Shown: positions 40,454 through 51,686, counted from the stretch's first letter. The stretch: 64,000 nucleotides of DNA from Vulcanimicrobiota bacterium (GCA_963714015.1 OY970223.1:3232001-3296000), one strand, 5' to 3'. Translations and numbers: made by a program. The notes: generated by a model from the letters alone, not told the origin.

Positions 40454-41356
40454 TCAGCTACGCAATAGGAAGCCGAGCAGCACGTCATTGGTCGAGACGA
40501 CCGCTCGATCGTGACCCGCCCTTTCCATGACGGCCGCAAGGACGATAAGCCCGGCGGGCAAGATGTCGGCTCGTTGCGGATTCATGCCCGGAAGCGTCTT
40601 TCGCCGGACCAAGTCGATGGAGCACAGCATTTGCAGTGTCCCTTCCACATCGTCGCCGGAAAGCTGCGAGTAAGTAAACGGCTCCCGGTTGCCTTGCAGC
40701 AATGAAATCGTCGTCGTCGCAGTACCGCCCACGAACAGCAGCTGATCGACCGGCTCGAACGTTGCGATTGGCTCGGTAGCAGCGAGCGCCAAGCGACGTC
40801 CCCGTTCCAACGAGTCTTGCAATACGGCACCGTCGCGGCCGCAGAGGCCGGTAATCAATTCCGTTAGACGAACCGCTCCAATCTCACAGGAGATCTCGCG
40901 GTCCGGGCTAGAGCGTTTGCTGCCGGCAGCATACTCGGTGCTTCCGCCGCCCACATCCGCGACTGCGAATCGCTCGTGCGCGCCGTTCGGCAACCCGCTT
41001 AGCGCACCGGCATAAGAACATCGGGCCTCGTCCTCGCCGGAGATGATTTGCAACTGCGCGCCGGTCAGCCCGCGAACTTTACGCGCAAATTCGTCGGCGT
41101 TATCCGCCCGGCGTACGGCACTGGTTGCAATCACGCCGATATGCGACGTATACGGTTTGATGAGTTCCAGATGCTCGTGTATGGCTTCCAGCGTGCGCCG
41201 CATGGGCTGCTCACCGATGTGACCACGCTCCTTGAGGCCCTCTCCGATCCGCGTGCCGATGGACCGCTGCGCGAGAGGATATCCGGATCCGTCGTGAATG
41301 TCCGCGACGAGCGCGCGGGTAGAGTTGGTGCCTACGGAGATGAGGGCCTTGATCAC
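40454..41356 (-). CDS. ppx: Ppx/GppA family exopolyphosphatase
   Basis: GTNS, ATSAVR, ISG.DEA, DVGGGSTE and RADI..AG motifs. Confidence 0.9.
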   Translation of the reverse strand: MIKALISVGTNSTRALVADIHDGSGYPLAQRSIGTRIGEGLKERGHIGEQPMRRTLEAIHEHLELIKPYTSHIGVIATSAVRRADNADEFARKVRGLTGAQLQIISGEDEARCSYAGALSGLPNGAHERFAVADVGGGSTEYAAGSKRSSPDREISCEIGAVRLTELITGLCGRDGAVLQDSLERGRRLALAATEPIATFEPVDQLLFVGGTATTTISLLQGNREPFTYSQLSGDDVEGTLQMLCSIDLVRRKTLPGMNPQRADILPAGLIVLAAVMERAGHDRAVVSTNDVLLGFLLRS

Positions 41357-41715
41357 CGTTCGTCGGAATGACGAGATTCAAAAAGCGCCGCGCGCTTCTT
41401 CTTCTGTAAAAAGTGGCGCTCGTGCGCGGGCGGCAAGTCGGGTTTCTCCCACTCAGCCGTCATCTTGAGATAGTTCGCGATCTGCTCTTCGAAGTGTTCG
41501 TCGCGTATTTGCGGCGCCAGCATCAGCATGGGATGCCGCCCCGAAGACTGCACCACGAACTCCAGGGCCTTTCGCCGGCTGAAAGCTCGGTCGTAGGCGG
41601 CGCGGTTCTTCTCCAAATCGAGGAGCGGAACGCTGGCCAAACGCCCGTCTTCGAGACGCACGGTAGCGCCGAACGCATTCACGTTGATGACGGTGCCCCG
41701 CTGCGTATCGCTCAC
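41353..41715 (-). CDS. S1-domain RNA-binding protein (YabR-like)
   Basis: G.V..V..FGA.V.L.DG; FE..IA.YLK; position next to the ftsB-like gene. Confidence 0.65.
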   Translation of the reverse strand: MSDTQRGTVINVNAFGATVRLEDGRLASVPLLDLEKNRAAYDRAFSRRKALEFVVQSSGRHPMLMLAPQIRDEHFEEQIANYLKMTAEWEKPDLPPAHERHFLQKKKRAALFESRHSDER

Positions 41716-42029
41716 GGCGCCGGCGCGTGGGCCGCTTTCACGTAGATGATCGCTTCGTTGGAGCGCACGAGATGCAGCCGGTCGTGGATTTCAGGAACCG
41801 CGCCCTGCGGATCCAGCAGCCGCCGTATCTGACGCACTTCGCGGCGGTTGTGGCCCTTGAGCGAGGCGACGTCGCGTTCTACGGAAGATAGTGAATGCGC
41901 CATCGCAATGTTTTCGTTCGCGATGCGGACGAACTGGATCGAGACGAGTGTGGCGACGACGGCGGCGAGAAGCCCGACGAGCAGACGGCCTACGAGGCGG
42001 AGGATGCCGGCCGTTCTCGTGCGTTTCAT
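41712..42029 (-). CDS. Septum formation initiator (FtsB/DivIC family)
   Basis: TM + coiled coil + L.DP...RLHLV..NE. Confidence 0.75.
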   Translation of the reverse strand: MKRTRTAGILRLVGRLLVGLLAAVVATLVSIQFVRIANENIAMAHSLSSVERDVASLKGHNRREVRQIRRLLDPQGAVPEIHDRLHLVRSNEAIIYVKAAHAPAP

Positions 42030-43006
42030 GAAGCCGAGTGAACTGCTTCCAGGCGCTCACTCTGCCAAGCGCCGATCCGTCGATACTTTTGATAACGCGT
42101 CTCGCGTAGCCGATCTTGCGGGAGCGCGCCCAAGTGCGTTAAAGCCAACTCGATAGCTTTCATCACGCGCTGAATTGTTCCCGCTGCGTCGCGATGCGCG
42201 CCGCCAATGGGTTCCGGCACGATTTCGTCGACGATACCAAAGCCTTTGAGATCCTGTGCCGTCAGCTTCAGATGGGACGCAGCCTCTTCGGCTTTCCCGG
42301 CGTCACTCCAAAGGATTGCGGCGCATCCTTCGGGGCTGGCCACGGAGTAATAGCTGTGCTCGAGGATGATCAACCTGTCGGCGATGCTCAGGGCAAGCGC
42401 ACCACCGCTTCCGCCTTCACCGATCACCGTTGCAACGATGGGCACCGGCGCAATCGTGAATTCGTACAGGCATGCGGCTATAGCTTCGGATTGCGCGCGC
42501 TCTTCGGACGTGATTCCGGGATCGGCGCCTTTCGTGTCGACGAACGTAACGATTGGTACGCCCATACGGCCGGCGAGATGCGCCAGACGCTGAACTTTGC
42601 GATACCCCTCCGGCGAGGGCATTCCGAAGTTGCGCTTCAGATTCTCTTTGGTGTCCCGGCCGCGTTGCTGGCCGATTGCCATGACTGCTCGATCCCCCAA
42701 ACGCGCGAGGCCCGCGATGATGGCCTGATCGTCTCGTGAATGGCGGTCGCCGTGAAGCTCGTCGAACTGCGTGAAGTAAGAGATGTAATCCGCGGCCGTG
42801 GGACGACTGGGATGGCGCGCCATGTGCACTTTTTCCCACGGTGTCATCGAACCGAAGATCTCTTGCTGGATCTGCGCGTACTTTTGCTCGAGCGCGCGAA
42901 TCTCCGCCGACATGTCCACACGCTGCTGGGTGTTGGAGGCGCGCAGTTCTTCGAGCGTCTTCTCGAGAACCGACAGCTCTTTCTCGCGATCGACGATGAT
43001 GTTCAT
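42026..43006 (-). CDS. accA: Acetyl-CoA carboxylase carboxyltransferase alpha
   Basis: ARHP.RP, LHGDR, NFGM..PEGYRK and GEGGSGGAL motifs. Confidence 0.97.
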   Translation of the reverse strand: MNIIVDREKELSVLEKTLEELRASNTQQRVDMSAEIRALEQKYAQIQQEIFGSMTPWEKVHMARHPSRPTAADYISYFTQFDELHGDRHSRDDQAIIAGLARLGDRAVMAIGQQRGRDTKENLKRNFGMPSPEGYRKVQRLAHLAGRMGVPIVTFVDTKGADPGITSEERAQSEAIAACLYEFTIAPVPIVATVIGEGGSGGALALSIADRLIILEHSYYSVASPEGCAAILWSDAGKAEEAASHLKLTAQDLKGFGIVDEIVPEPIGGAHRDAAGTIQRVMKAIELALTHLGALPQDRLRETRYQKYRRIGAWQSERLEAVHSAS

Positions 43007-43866
43007 ACGGCAACGCGCTCCTTGCTGCGTTTACCCTGTCCGACGTCCTCGAGTAATCGCGTCAAGGTTGCCTTCACGTCGTGGCGATCGACGACCAGGT
43101 CGATGTGGCCTTTGTCCAGCAGAAACTCGGCCGTCTGAAACTGATCCGGTAGTTTTTGGCGGATCGTCTGCTCGATAACGCGTCGTCCCGCGAAGCCAAT
43201 CATGGCTTTGGGCTCGGCAAGTATCAGATCCGATTGGAATGCAAACGAGGCCGACACGCCGCCGGTGGTCGGATCGGTGAGCACCGTGATGAAGATGTTG
43301 CCCGCCTCCATGAAGCGGCTGACGGCTGAAGTGGTCTTTGCCATCTGCATCAGCGCGAGCATGCCTTCTTCCATACGGGCTCCGCCGCTCGCGGTAAAAA
43401 TGATGCAGGGAATCCGGCGCTCCAGCGCGCCTTCGAGCAGCAGCGTGATGCGTTCGCCGACGACCGTACCCATCGTGCCGCCGCGGAAATGAAAGTCCAT
43501 CACGCCCAAGGCGACGTCGTGCCCTCCGATCGTTCCGAATCCGCAAACGACACCCTCGGTGAGCTGCGATTTCTCGCGATCGCCGGCGAGCTTTGCCGCA
43601 TAACTCTTACGATCGACCCATTGCAGCGGATCTCCGGGCAGCACGTCTGCACCGATCTCGACAAAATCCGCGTCGACCAGGGAATTGATGCGGTCGAAGG
43701 CAGTCATGCGGAAGTGGTGGCCGCAGCGCGGGCAAACCCATAGATTGGCAACGAGGTCTCGCCGGTAGAGCACCTCGCTGCAGCTCGGGCATTTACTCCA
43801 AAGCGCGGCGTCCTCTTGCTCTTGCGATTTGCTGCGCCGCGTGCGCAGCCAGTCGGGCATGGGCAT
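43003..43866 (-). CDS. accD: Acetyl-CoA carboxylase carboxyltransferase beta
   Basis: Zn finger CPSC...CPRC, SGGARM.EG, PTTGGVSASF. Confidence 0.97.
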   Translation of the reverse strand: MPMPDWLRTRRSKSQEQEDAALWSKCPSCSEVLYRRDLVANLWVCPRCGHHFRMTAFDRINSLVDADFVEIGADVLPGDPLQWVDRKSYAAKLAGDREKSQLTEGVVCGFGTIGGHDVALGVMDFHFRGGTMGTVVGERITLLLEGALERRIPCIIFTASGGARMEEGMLALMQMAKTTSAVSRFMEAGNIFITVLTDPTTGGVSASFAFQSDLILAEPKAMIGFAGRRVIEQTIRQKLPDQFQTAEFLLDKGHIDLVVDRHDVKATLTRLLEDVGQGKRSKERVAV

Positions 43867-44594
43867 CAGCTGCTCTGCACTTTCTGCGCACCGGGGAAGA
43901 TCCGCGCCGCGTACAATTTGCGCAGCTGCTTGAGATAATTGAAGATCTCTTTTTCGTTCAACTTAGACTGGCCTTCCACGCGATCGGTGAAGACGTACGG
44001 CACCTCGAGCGCTTTGCCGTAGTGCGCCTTGGCGATTACCTCGAGACCGATCTTGAAACCGATCGGATCGAGCCGCACGCCTTCGAGCGCCTCGCGCTTG
44101 ACCAGAAAATATCCGCTCGTGATGTCTTTGATTCGGGTGAGCGGCTGCGCCAGCATGCACGCGACCTTTGAGGTTACGATCCGCCGCATCGGCCAATTCG
44201 TGATTCCCCCGCCGCTCACGTAGCGACTGCCGACGGCAAGTCCGTAGCCGTTCTCGAGCGCCTTCACCATCGCCGGCAAAATGTTAATGTCGTGACTGAA
44301 GTCGGCGTCCATTGCGCCGAGCGCCTCAGAGTCGGCGCGCGCGAATTTCCAACCGTCGATAACCCCGCTGGAGAGTCCCAGCTTACCCGGCCGATGCAGA
44401 CAACGCACCGGAAACTGCGCGGAGAGCCGATCCACAATTGCTCCCGTGCCGTCCGGCGAATTGTCGTCGACGACGATAAGCTCTCCGTCCAGCTGGCCGG
44501 CGGCGAAAACTCCCGCGAGTGCGCCTATCAGACGCTCGATGCCGCCGGCTTCATTGTACGTCGGGATAACGATCGAAAACTTCAAATGCCCCAT
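43866..44594 (-). CDS. Polyprenol monophosphomannose synthase (GT2)
   Basis: IPTYNE, VDDNSPDGT, MDADFSH and GSRY motifs. Confidence 0.9.
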   Translation of the reverse strand: MGHLKFSIVIPTYNEAGGIERLIGALAGVFAAGQLDGELIVVDDNSPDGTGAIVDRLSAQFPVRCLHRPGKLGLSSGVIDGWKFARADSEALGAMDADFSHDINILPAMVKALENGYGLAVGSRYVSGGGITNWPMRRIVTSKVACMLAQPLTRIKDITSGYFLVKREALEGVRLDPIGFKIGLEVIAKAHYGKALEVPYVFTDRVEGQSKLNEKEIFNYLKQLRKLYAARIFPGAQKVQSS

Positions 44595-44641
44595 GCGATC
44601 CTGACGTATACGACGTACCGCACGGTTCTTCCGGTAGGGCC

Positions 44642-44917
44642 TTACAAGCGGTGGAGCTGGGGGTTTGCCGAGGGATCGAACGCGGGCAGTTCGGGATACG
44701 ACGTACAACGCAACTCCACGCCGCCGTCGGCCGCGATGCTCAAAACTTCGTCTGCGCCGATGAGCGTCTCTTCCTCACGGCCGGTCCAATAGACCAGCAG
44801 AAATTCCGCTCCCCGCGCTTGGCCCGAACCATAAACGGCGCGCACCTCGCCCGCATTTGCGCCGTCCGAAGTGCGGACCGGCGTGCCGGGCCGCAGCTCT
44901 TCCAACAACCTTGACAT
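44642..44917 (-). CDS. PRC-barrel-like small protein
   Basis: G.PV.T.DG...GEV..V pattern. Confidence 0.6.
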   Translation of the reverse strand: MSRLLEELRPGTPVRTSDGANAGEVRAVYGSGQARGAEFLLVYWTGREEETLIGADEVLSIAADGGVELRCTSYPELPAFDPSANPQLHRL

Positions 44918-44925
44918 CGGCAGCG

Positions 44926-45657
44926 TTATACCCCGCTCGCGTAAGAAAGAATGCTGACGGCTACGAGCGCCGCAGTCTCGGTCCGAAGAACGCGCGGCCC
45001 CAATGAGATGGCGAGCGCCCCCGCGGCTTGAGCCGCTTCGGCTTCCGCGTTCGAAAAGCCACCCTCCGGTCCTATTACTACCAAAATGCGGCGGGCACCG
45101 GCCAGCAGCGCAGGCAACCGTTGGCGCAGCGGCTCTGCGGTCGCGCCTTCCCAGGCAAACAGCACCAAATCGTACTTAGCGAAAACAACGCAGAGATCCG
45201 GGAGCGAGCACGGGGACGCGATCTGCGGCAGGCCGGTTCGACCGCATTGCTCGGCGGCCGATTTTGCCAGGCGGCGCCATCGCTCGAGTTTGTTCGTACT
45301 CGCATCGGCAGCTATCGCGCGTTCCGAGCGCAGCGGAATGATGGCCCGCGCACCAAGCTCGGTCAGCTTTTCGACGACGAAATCCATCTTCTGGCCTTTG
45401 GGTATTCCTTGTGCGACCGTTATCTCGAGCGCATCCTGCGGCGGCTCCCCGGTAATCTCCAGCAATTCCGCTCGGACATTGCGGCCCTCGACCTGCAACT
45501 GCGCCCGATATTGCTGGGCGGCCGAATCGAAGACCTCGATTTCCTCTCCGCTGCCCATGCGCAAAACGGCGAGGATCTTGTGCGCGTCGCTGCCGTCCAA
45601 TGCTATCGTTTCGCCGGGCGCGTGCGTCCCCTCGACGAAAAACCGCCGCCTACTCAG
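44926..45657 (-). CDS. rsmE: 16S rRNA m3U1498 methyltransferase (start uncertain)
   Basis: [18 protein letters not shown] and [11 protein letters not shown] motifs; RFF N-terminus extends to a CTG at 45657. Confidence 0.92.
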   Translation of the reverse strand: MSRRRFFVEGTHAPGETIALDGSDAHKILAVLRMGSGEEIEVFDSAAQQYRAQLQVEGRNVRAELLEITGEPPQDALEITVAQGIPKGQKMDFVVEKLTELGARAIIPLRSERAIAADASTNKLERWRRLAKSAAEQCGRTGLPQIASPCSLPDLCVVFAKYDLVLFAWEGATAEPLRQRLPALLAGARRILVVIGPEGGFSNAEAEAAQAAGALAISLGPRVLRTETAALVAVSILSYASGV

Positions 45658-46777
45658 GTTTGAACGCGTCCTTGACCTTGTCGAAGAACGAGCGTTCGTG
45701 ATCTCCCACGGATTCGGCGTATTCTTCGAGTAACTCGCGCTGGCGTTTGTTCACCTTGGTCGGGACCATTAAGTGAACCGTTACCACGTGATCTCCGCGG
45801 CTTGTTCCGCGAACGGCCGGCATACCGCGTCCGCGCATGCGGAAGGTCGTGCCGGGCTGCGTGCCGGCGTGAACGCTCAACGGCAACTCGCCTTCGAGCG
45901 ACGGCACACTGATCTGCGCGCCCAGGACAGCTTGGGGAAATGTGATCGGCACGTCAACGAACGTGTCGGTACCTTCGCGCCGAAAGAGGGCGTGGTTCGC
46001 GACGTTGAGATAGACGTATAGATCGCCTGCAGGGCCGCCGTGAATTCCGGCCTCGCCGTTCCCGGTAATTCGTATGCGGCTGCCGTCGTCTACTCCGGCC
46101 GGAACCTTTACGGTGAGCTTTCGCTCCACCTCGCGCCGTCCGCGCCCATGGCATGTCGGGCACGGCGTCTGGACGACCTGTCCGTCGCCGTTGCATTTGC
46201 TGCACGTCGATTGCGTGACGAATTGTCCGAGCGGCGTCTGCCGAACCATCCGCATTACGCCGGTGCCGCTGCAGCGATCGCACGGCACGACGAGCGTACC
46301 GGGTGCGGCACCCGAACCCACGCACGTCTCGCATTGAGCGAGGTGATTGAACTGGATCTCGCGCGTCGTACCGGTGAACGCTTCCTCCAGCGTAATCTCA
46401 AGATCGTAGCGCAGATCGGAGCCGCGAGCGGGTCCCGCCCGCCGCGTCTGCGCCTGCTGCGCACCCATTCGATCGCCGAAAAAGATGTCGAAGATGTCGC
46501 CGAATCCGCTTCCGCCAAAGCCTCCGAAATCACCGAATCCCGCGCTGCTCGCACCGTTTCCGACGGTCCCGTAGCGATCGTACTGCGCGCGCTTTTGCGG
46601 ATCGGAGAGCACTTCGTAAGCTTCGTTGATCTCTTTGAAGCGGTGCTCGGCCTCGGCTTTGTTTTCCGCAACGTCGGGATGATGCTTGCGCGCCAGGGCA
46701 CGATAGGCACGCTTGATGTCTTCGACGCCGGCGTTGCGGTTGACGCCCAGCACGTCATAAAAGTCTTTGGTCGGCAC
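45650..46777 (-). CDS. dnaJ: Chaperone DnaJ
   Basis: J-domain HPD, G/F-rich region, four CxxCxGxG repeats. Confidence 0.98.
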   Translation of the reverse strand: MPTKDFYDVLGVNRNAGVEDIKRAYRALARKHHPDVAENKAEAEHRFKEINEAYEVLSDPQKRAQYDRYGTVGNGASSAGFGDFGGFGGSGFGDIFDIFFGDRMGAQQAQTRRAGPARGSDLRYDLEITLEEAFTGTTREIQFNHLAQCETCVGSGAAPGTLVVPCDRCSGTGVMRMVRQTPLGQFVTQSTCSKCNGDGQVVQTPCPTCHGRGRREVERKLTVKVPAGVDDGSRIRITGNGEAGIHGGPAGDLYVYLNVANHALFRREGTDTFVDVPITFPQAVLGAQISVPSLEGELPLSVHAGTQPGTTFRMRGRGMPAVRGTSRGDHVVTVHLMVPTKVNKRQRELLEEYAESVGDHERSFFDKVKDAFKPE

Positions 46778-46783
46778 GAAAAG

Positions 46784-47854
46784 CTATTTTATCTCGACGT
46801 CGGCAAGCTGTTGGGAAAGAGTCTCCGCCGTGCCCGATGCGAGCGCCATGAGGCGGCCGTACGGCATGCGGCGCGGGCCCAGAATCGAGAGCATACCGAT
46901 GGCATGTTGCCCAAACCGGTACGGAACAGTCACGATGCTGAAGTCCGTCATCTCCTCGACGCCGAGCTCGTGACCGATCTTGACGCTGGCGGCATCGACA
47001 TTCATCGAGTCGGCGACCAGGTCGTAGAGCGTCTTCTGTTCTTCCACGATTCGCAGGATCGACCGAAGCTTGCGCAAGTCGTGGAATTCGGGCTGGTCCA
47101 GAAGATTTTGTGCGCCCGAGGCCGTGAGCGTGGGCTGTTCCTCGGAGCGAGCATTACGCAGCGCCGCCGTCACCGCATTGCGCAGGTCATCGCGGGCGCC
47201 GATGTCGGCTGCCGCAGCTGCTATCTCACTATCGCGAATCTCGCGCAGGAGCCGGTTGCCGAATTTCGAGTTGAGCGCATTGGAGAGGCGCGTGAGATCG
47301 TCCGGTGTGACGTCCTCACGCAGTTCGAAAAGGCTCTGGCCCGACACGCCAATGGACGTCACCACGATGGCAACGCCGGTTCTGGGCGAGAGCCAAATCA
47401 TCTGGATGTGCCGGAAAGTAGCGCTTTCGTTGCTGGGCTTGGTGACGAACGCCAAGTTTTTCGAGAGTCTTCCGAGCAAGCGCGTGGCATTCTCGATCAT
47501 TTCATCGAGCTCGCGGCTCGCGTCGAGAAGTTCGTCGCGGATGCGCCGGCGGTCGTCAGGAGCCAGGCTCTCCGGCTGCATCAACTGATCGACGTATTTG
47601 CGGTAACCCGCGTCCGACGGCACGCGGCCGGCGGAAGTATGGGGCTGCACGAGGTAGCCCCCGGCCTCCAGTTCGGCCAGCTCGTTCCGAACAGTAGCCG
47701 AGCTGACCCCCAGGTTATACTTCTGCGTTAACGATTGCGAGGCGACAGGCTCGGCCGTGGCGATATATTCGTACACCACTGTGGCCAGGATGTACGACTT
47801 CCGCTTGTCGAGCTGCCCCGAGGGCGCTTCGCCCGGAGGCGCGCCGCTATTCAT
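46784..47854 (-). CDS. hrcA: Heat-inducible transcription repressor
   Basis: SSATVRNE...QPHTSAGRVP; LGP.RM.Y. Confidence 0.97.
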   Translation of the reverse strand: MNSGAPPGEAPSGQLDKRKSYILATVVYEYIATAEPVASQSLTQKYNLGVSSATVRNELAELEAGGYLVQPHTSAGRVPSDAGYRKYVDQLMQPESLAPDDRRRIRDELLDASRELDEMIENATRLLGRLSKNLAFVTKPSNESATFRHIQMIWLSPRTGVAIVVTSIGVSGQSLFELREDVTPDDLTRLSNALNSKFGNRLLREIRDSEIAAAAADIGARDDLRNAVTAALRNARSEEQPTLTASGAQNLLDQPEFHDLRKLRSILRIVEEQKTLYDLVADSMNVDAASVKIGHELGVEEMTDFSIVTVPYRFGQHAIGMLSILGPRRMPYGRLMALASGTAETLSQQLADVEIK

Positions 47855-47863
47855 CGTCCTATC

Positions 47864-47890
47864 TTAGCAATCTCGGCCTAGGACTGCCAA
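47864..47890. promoter_or_regulatory. CIRCE element (HrcA operator)
   Basis: TTAGCAATC-N9-GACTGCCAA versus consensus TTAGCACTC-N9-GAGTGCTAA, just upstream of hrcA. Confidence 0.85.
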
Positions 47891-47893
47891 GAC

Positions 47894-48392
47894 TTAAGGG
47901 CTAGGCTCGGGCGCCGGCGGAGCGGCCAAGGCGCGCTCGACGGCCGTTCGTAGTTCGTTCCACGACAGGCCGCCCAGCGTGACATAGGTCACGACCCCCT
48001 CCGGATCGAGCACCACGGTGTCCGGCACCTCGCTAAGCGAGTAGGCCGCGTAAATCTTGCTCTGGCGATCCTCGATAACGGGCAGGTCGAAACCATGTGC
48101 CTTCAGATATGCCTGCGCGACGCCTTGCGGTTCGTTCCAATCGATCGTCACGAGCCGAATGCGGTCGCCGTACGTGCTGCGCAATCGAGCGAAATACGGG
48201 AGCTCGTTCGTGCACGGCGGACACCAGGTCGCCCAAAAGTTGATGACGACCGGACGGCCGCGCAATTCGGAGAGCGGCTGATCGCCGTTCGCTGTAGGGA
48301 CCGAAAAATCGGGCGGAGGCTGACCGTAGTGAACAGTTGCAAGTCCCGTTCCGGTCAGCGTTGCCAAAATCAAGGCGGCGAGGGAGCTTCAC
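47894..48392 (-). CDS. TlpA-family thiol:disulfide oxidoreductase (possible 1-nt insertion near start)
   Basis: NFWATWCPPC; the GTG at 48392 is in frame if 1 nt is removed at AGCTT 48385-48389; alternative start TTG 48373. Confidence 0.85.
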
Positions 48393-48441
48393 ATCGGCAA
48401 TTTCGGCAGGCATGCATGCTTGTTCCCGGTAAAACGAGCGC

Positions 48442-50404
48442 ATGAATACGGCCGAATCGATCGAGGCGCTTTCATCAGAGAGCCGCCGTTTTGCGCCATC
48501 TCCCGAATTTGCCGCTCGCGCGAACGCCCAGCCGGGAATCTATGAAGAAGCCGAGCGCGATTACGAGACATATTGGGCATCGTGGGCGCGTAAACTCGAG
48601 TGGAGCAAACCGTTCACCAGGATCCTGGAATGGAACGAGCCGTTTGCACGCTGGTTCTCCGACGGGGAGCTCAACGTCTCGGTCAATTGTCTGGATAGGC
48701 ACGTGCGAGCGGGGTACGGGCAAAAAATTGCCTATTACTATGAAGGCGAGCCCGGCGACCGCCGGACCATAACGTACCAAGAACTGCTCGACCACGTCTG
48801 CCGGTTCGCGAACGGATTGCGTTCGCTAGGCATCAAGAGGGGCGATCGGGTCGCCATTTACATGCCGATGATCCCGGAGCTTCCGGTGGCCATGCTGGCG
48901 TGCGCACGCATCGGCGCCGCACATTCGGTGATATTCGGCGGATTTTCGCCCGACTCAATCGTCGACCGCGTCAACGATGCGAAGTGCGTCGCTTTGATTA
49001 CCGCCGATCAAGGATGGCGGCGCGGCAAGCACGTTGCGCTCAAGGACAACTGCGACGAAGCGATGCAGCACACGCCCAGCATCAAACACTGCATCGTCGC
49101 TAAACGCGTTGGAGTCTCCCGTCAGGATGCGCGAGGGCCGCGATCGTTGGTGGGACGACGTGACGAGCGGACAGAGCACCGTGTGCGAACCGGAAGCGAT
49201 GAACGCCGAGGATCTGCTTTTTCTGCTCTACACGAGCGGCACGACCGCGAAGCCCAAAGGCATCATTCACACGACGGGCGGTTACCTGACGCACGTGACC
49301 GCTACGCACAGTTTAGTCTTCGATCTCAAGCCCGGCGAAGACGTCTATTGGTGCGCCGCGGACATCGGTTGGGTTACGGGACACTCGTACATCGTGTACG
49401 GCCCGCTCGCGAACGGCGCTACGAGCGTCCTCTATGAGGGCACGCCGGATTTTCCCGACAAGGATCGCCTTTGGGAGATCGCCGCGCGCTACGGCGTAAC
49501 GATCCTTTACACGGCGCCCACCGCAATTCGCACGTTCATGAAGTGGGGTCCGCAGTATCCGCAAAAACACGACCTGTCGGCGCTCCGCGTGCTCGGATCA
49601 GTCGGTGAGCCGATCAATCCGGAAGCCTGGATGTGGTACCGCGAGCACATCGGCGGAAACCGGTGTCCCGTCGTGGACACGTGGTGGCAAACGGAAACGG
49701 GCGGCATCATGATTTCGCCGTTGCCGGGAATCAGCGAAACGCCGCCCGGCAGTGCGACGCGCCCGTTGCCTGGGATCGGCGCCGACATCGTGAACGATCG
49801 AGGCGAATCGGTGCCCCTGGGCGGGGGCGGATACATCGTGCTCACTCGTCCATGGCCCGGAATGCTTCGGGGCATTTACGGCGATGACGAACGTTACGTT
49901 CAGACGTACTGGTCCAAGTTTCCACACCGGTATTTGGCGGGCGACGGATGCCGGCGTGACATGGACGGCAATTACTGGTTCATGGGCCGAATCGACGACG
50001 TGATGAACGTGAGCGGCCACCGCATCTCCACAACGGAGATTGAGAGCGCGCTCGTCGACGATCCCCGCGTTGCGGAAGCCGCTGTATGCGGTAAACTCGA
50101 CGACGTCACCGGTCAGGCGATCTATGCATTCGTCTCGCTGCGCGGCGGCGACATCGGCAGCCCCGGTCTGGCGGACGAACTGCGGGACCATGTCGCCGAG
50201 AAGCTCGGCAAGTTCACTCGGCCCAAGTACATCACGTTTACTCAAGAGCTGCCCAAGACCCGCAGCGGGAAGATCATGCGGCGGCTCCTGCGAGACGTTG
50301 CCGAAGGCCGCCAACTGGGGGACACGACGACGCTCGCGGACTCCTCCGTCGTGGATATCCTAAAAGAGCGAGCCGCCGCTGAGATCTCGACGAGCGAAGA
50401 GTAA
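48442..50404 (+). CDS. acs: Acetyl-CoA synthetase (apparent frameshift at ~49115)
   Basis: [20 protein letters not shown] and [12 protein letters not shown] motifs; frames joined at AGTCT 49113-49117. Confidence 0.95.
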
Positions 50405-50408
50405 ACCG

Positions 50409-50609
50409 TTAAGGCTTGGCTGTGGGCCGCGCCATGTGTTTTTTCATCATGGCGTGGCCTTTCATCGTTGAGTGACTCTTCATCATCGAGTGCGCCTTCA
50501 TCGAATGGCTGCTCATCATGCTGTGACTGCTCATCATTTTGTGAGCGTGCATGGCGCTCGGGGTTGGGGTCGCGAGGGCGGCGACGAAAATCAGGGCGAT
50601 TAGATTCAC
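50409..50609 (-). CDS. Small secreted Met/His-rich repeat peptide
   Basis: AAGGAG RBS, GTG start, hydrophobic leader, then MMSSHS/MKAHS repeats. Confidence 0.7.
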   Translation of the reverse strand: MNLIALIFVAALATPTPSAMHAHKMMSSHSMMSSHSMKAHSMMKSHSTMKGHAMMKKHMARPTAKP

Positions 50610-50672
50610 GAAAATACTCCTTGCAAAAAAAAAGCGATTCGTCCTCAAGTACGCTTCAGAGAACCGTTCGGA

Positions 50673-51686
50673 TTAGTCGCTGCTTTGGGGCCAAGGAGCC
50701 TTCCCGGAGAGCACGTCCTGTACGCGTACAGCCGGATATCCCACGCCGGCGTAAGCGCTGTCTTGCCACGCCCAAACTGCGAGATCCCGCATCTCCATAG
50801 CGCCCGCTGCGAGACGTTCTGCCGCAAAAGTTCGTGCCTCGGCCGAACCGCCGGCGAAACCGCCGCGCTTTTCAATTTGGTAGAGCTGCGGCACGGTGCG
50901 GTCCGACGTCTCGAGGTACGACATGATCGCACGCATGACGCTCGTTTGCGGGAGCAGATCCTGCGGCACGGCGAGTTGTGACTGCAGCGACACCAGGCGT
51001 TCGACCTGCGCTTCGCCGACGAACCGGTCGACGAATGCGCTCTCGAACATCGAGTGCGTCTTGTGCGACTGCGTAAACCCGCCGGGATTCGGGAAATCGC
51101 CCCATCCGTTGAAGTGCACGGTAACGTGCAGCGGCTGGCTTCCATCGCCGACGAAGTGGCCCCACACGCCCAGGTCCTGCGCGATAACGCGTTGCATCAC
51201 ATCCCGCATGTGCGCCGCCGAAGGGTCGCGTCCGGCAGCGAAATCGTCGACACGCCAATATGCGAAATCTTGCCGCAACTGCTCCCAGCCGTCGAGAATC
51301 GCGTACGGAAGATAGCCTTGCCGATATTGATCGGTCTTGGCCGCGCGCAGTGCCGTATCGTACGCTTCACGATCCTTCGGCATGGCGGAGGCGTTGACGA
51401 CGCCGGCTACGGTGCCGTCGTCCAACAGGTCCACGTAATGCGCGGGATCCTCGTCGTCGTCCCATGACGACCCGGAACCCTTGATCCGGTCCATCTCCGG
51501 GCCTAAGTACGCAATTTCGAAAACGTCGGATTGCGAGCTGATGAAGGCAGGCATGCGTCCCGCGAATCCCAGCGCGGCAAGATGATTGATGATCGTATGC
51601 CCTTTACTGCCCCAGGCCCAAGCCGGCTGGGCGCACAAACCCGCGGCAAGGACGACTGCAGTGATAAAAAGATGAAGCGATTTCAT
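50673..51686 (-). CDS. S1/P1 nuclease family protein
   Basis: Signal peptide then WG..GH, HYVD, GHFVGD..QPLH and HS.FE motifs. Confidence 0.85.
   Translation of the reverse strand: MKSLHLFITAVVLAAGLCAQPAWAWGSKGHTIINHLAALGFAGRMPAFISSQSDVFEIAYLGPEMDRIKGSGSSWDDDEDPAHYVDLLDDGTVAGVVNASAMPKDREAYDTALRAAKTDQYRQGYLPYAILDGWEQLRQDFAYWRVDDFAAGRDPSAAHMRDVMQRVIAQDLGVWGHFVGDGSQPLHVTVHFNGWGDFPNPGGFTQSHKTHSMFESAFVDRFVGEAQVERLVSLQSQLAVPQDLLPQTSVMRAIMSYLETSDRTVPQLYQIEKRGGFAGGSAEARTFAAERLAAGAMEMRDLAVWAWQDSAYAGVGYPAVRVQDVLSGKAPWPQSSD

Noticed and set aside
46040..47731. 563-aa + strand ORF
   Set aside because: It is an antisense shadow of dnaJ and hrcA.
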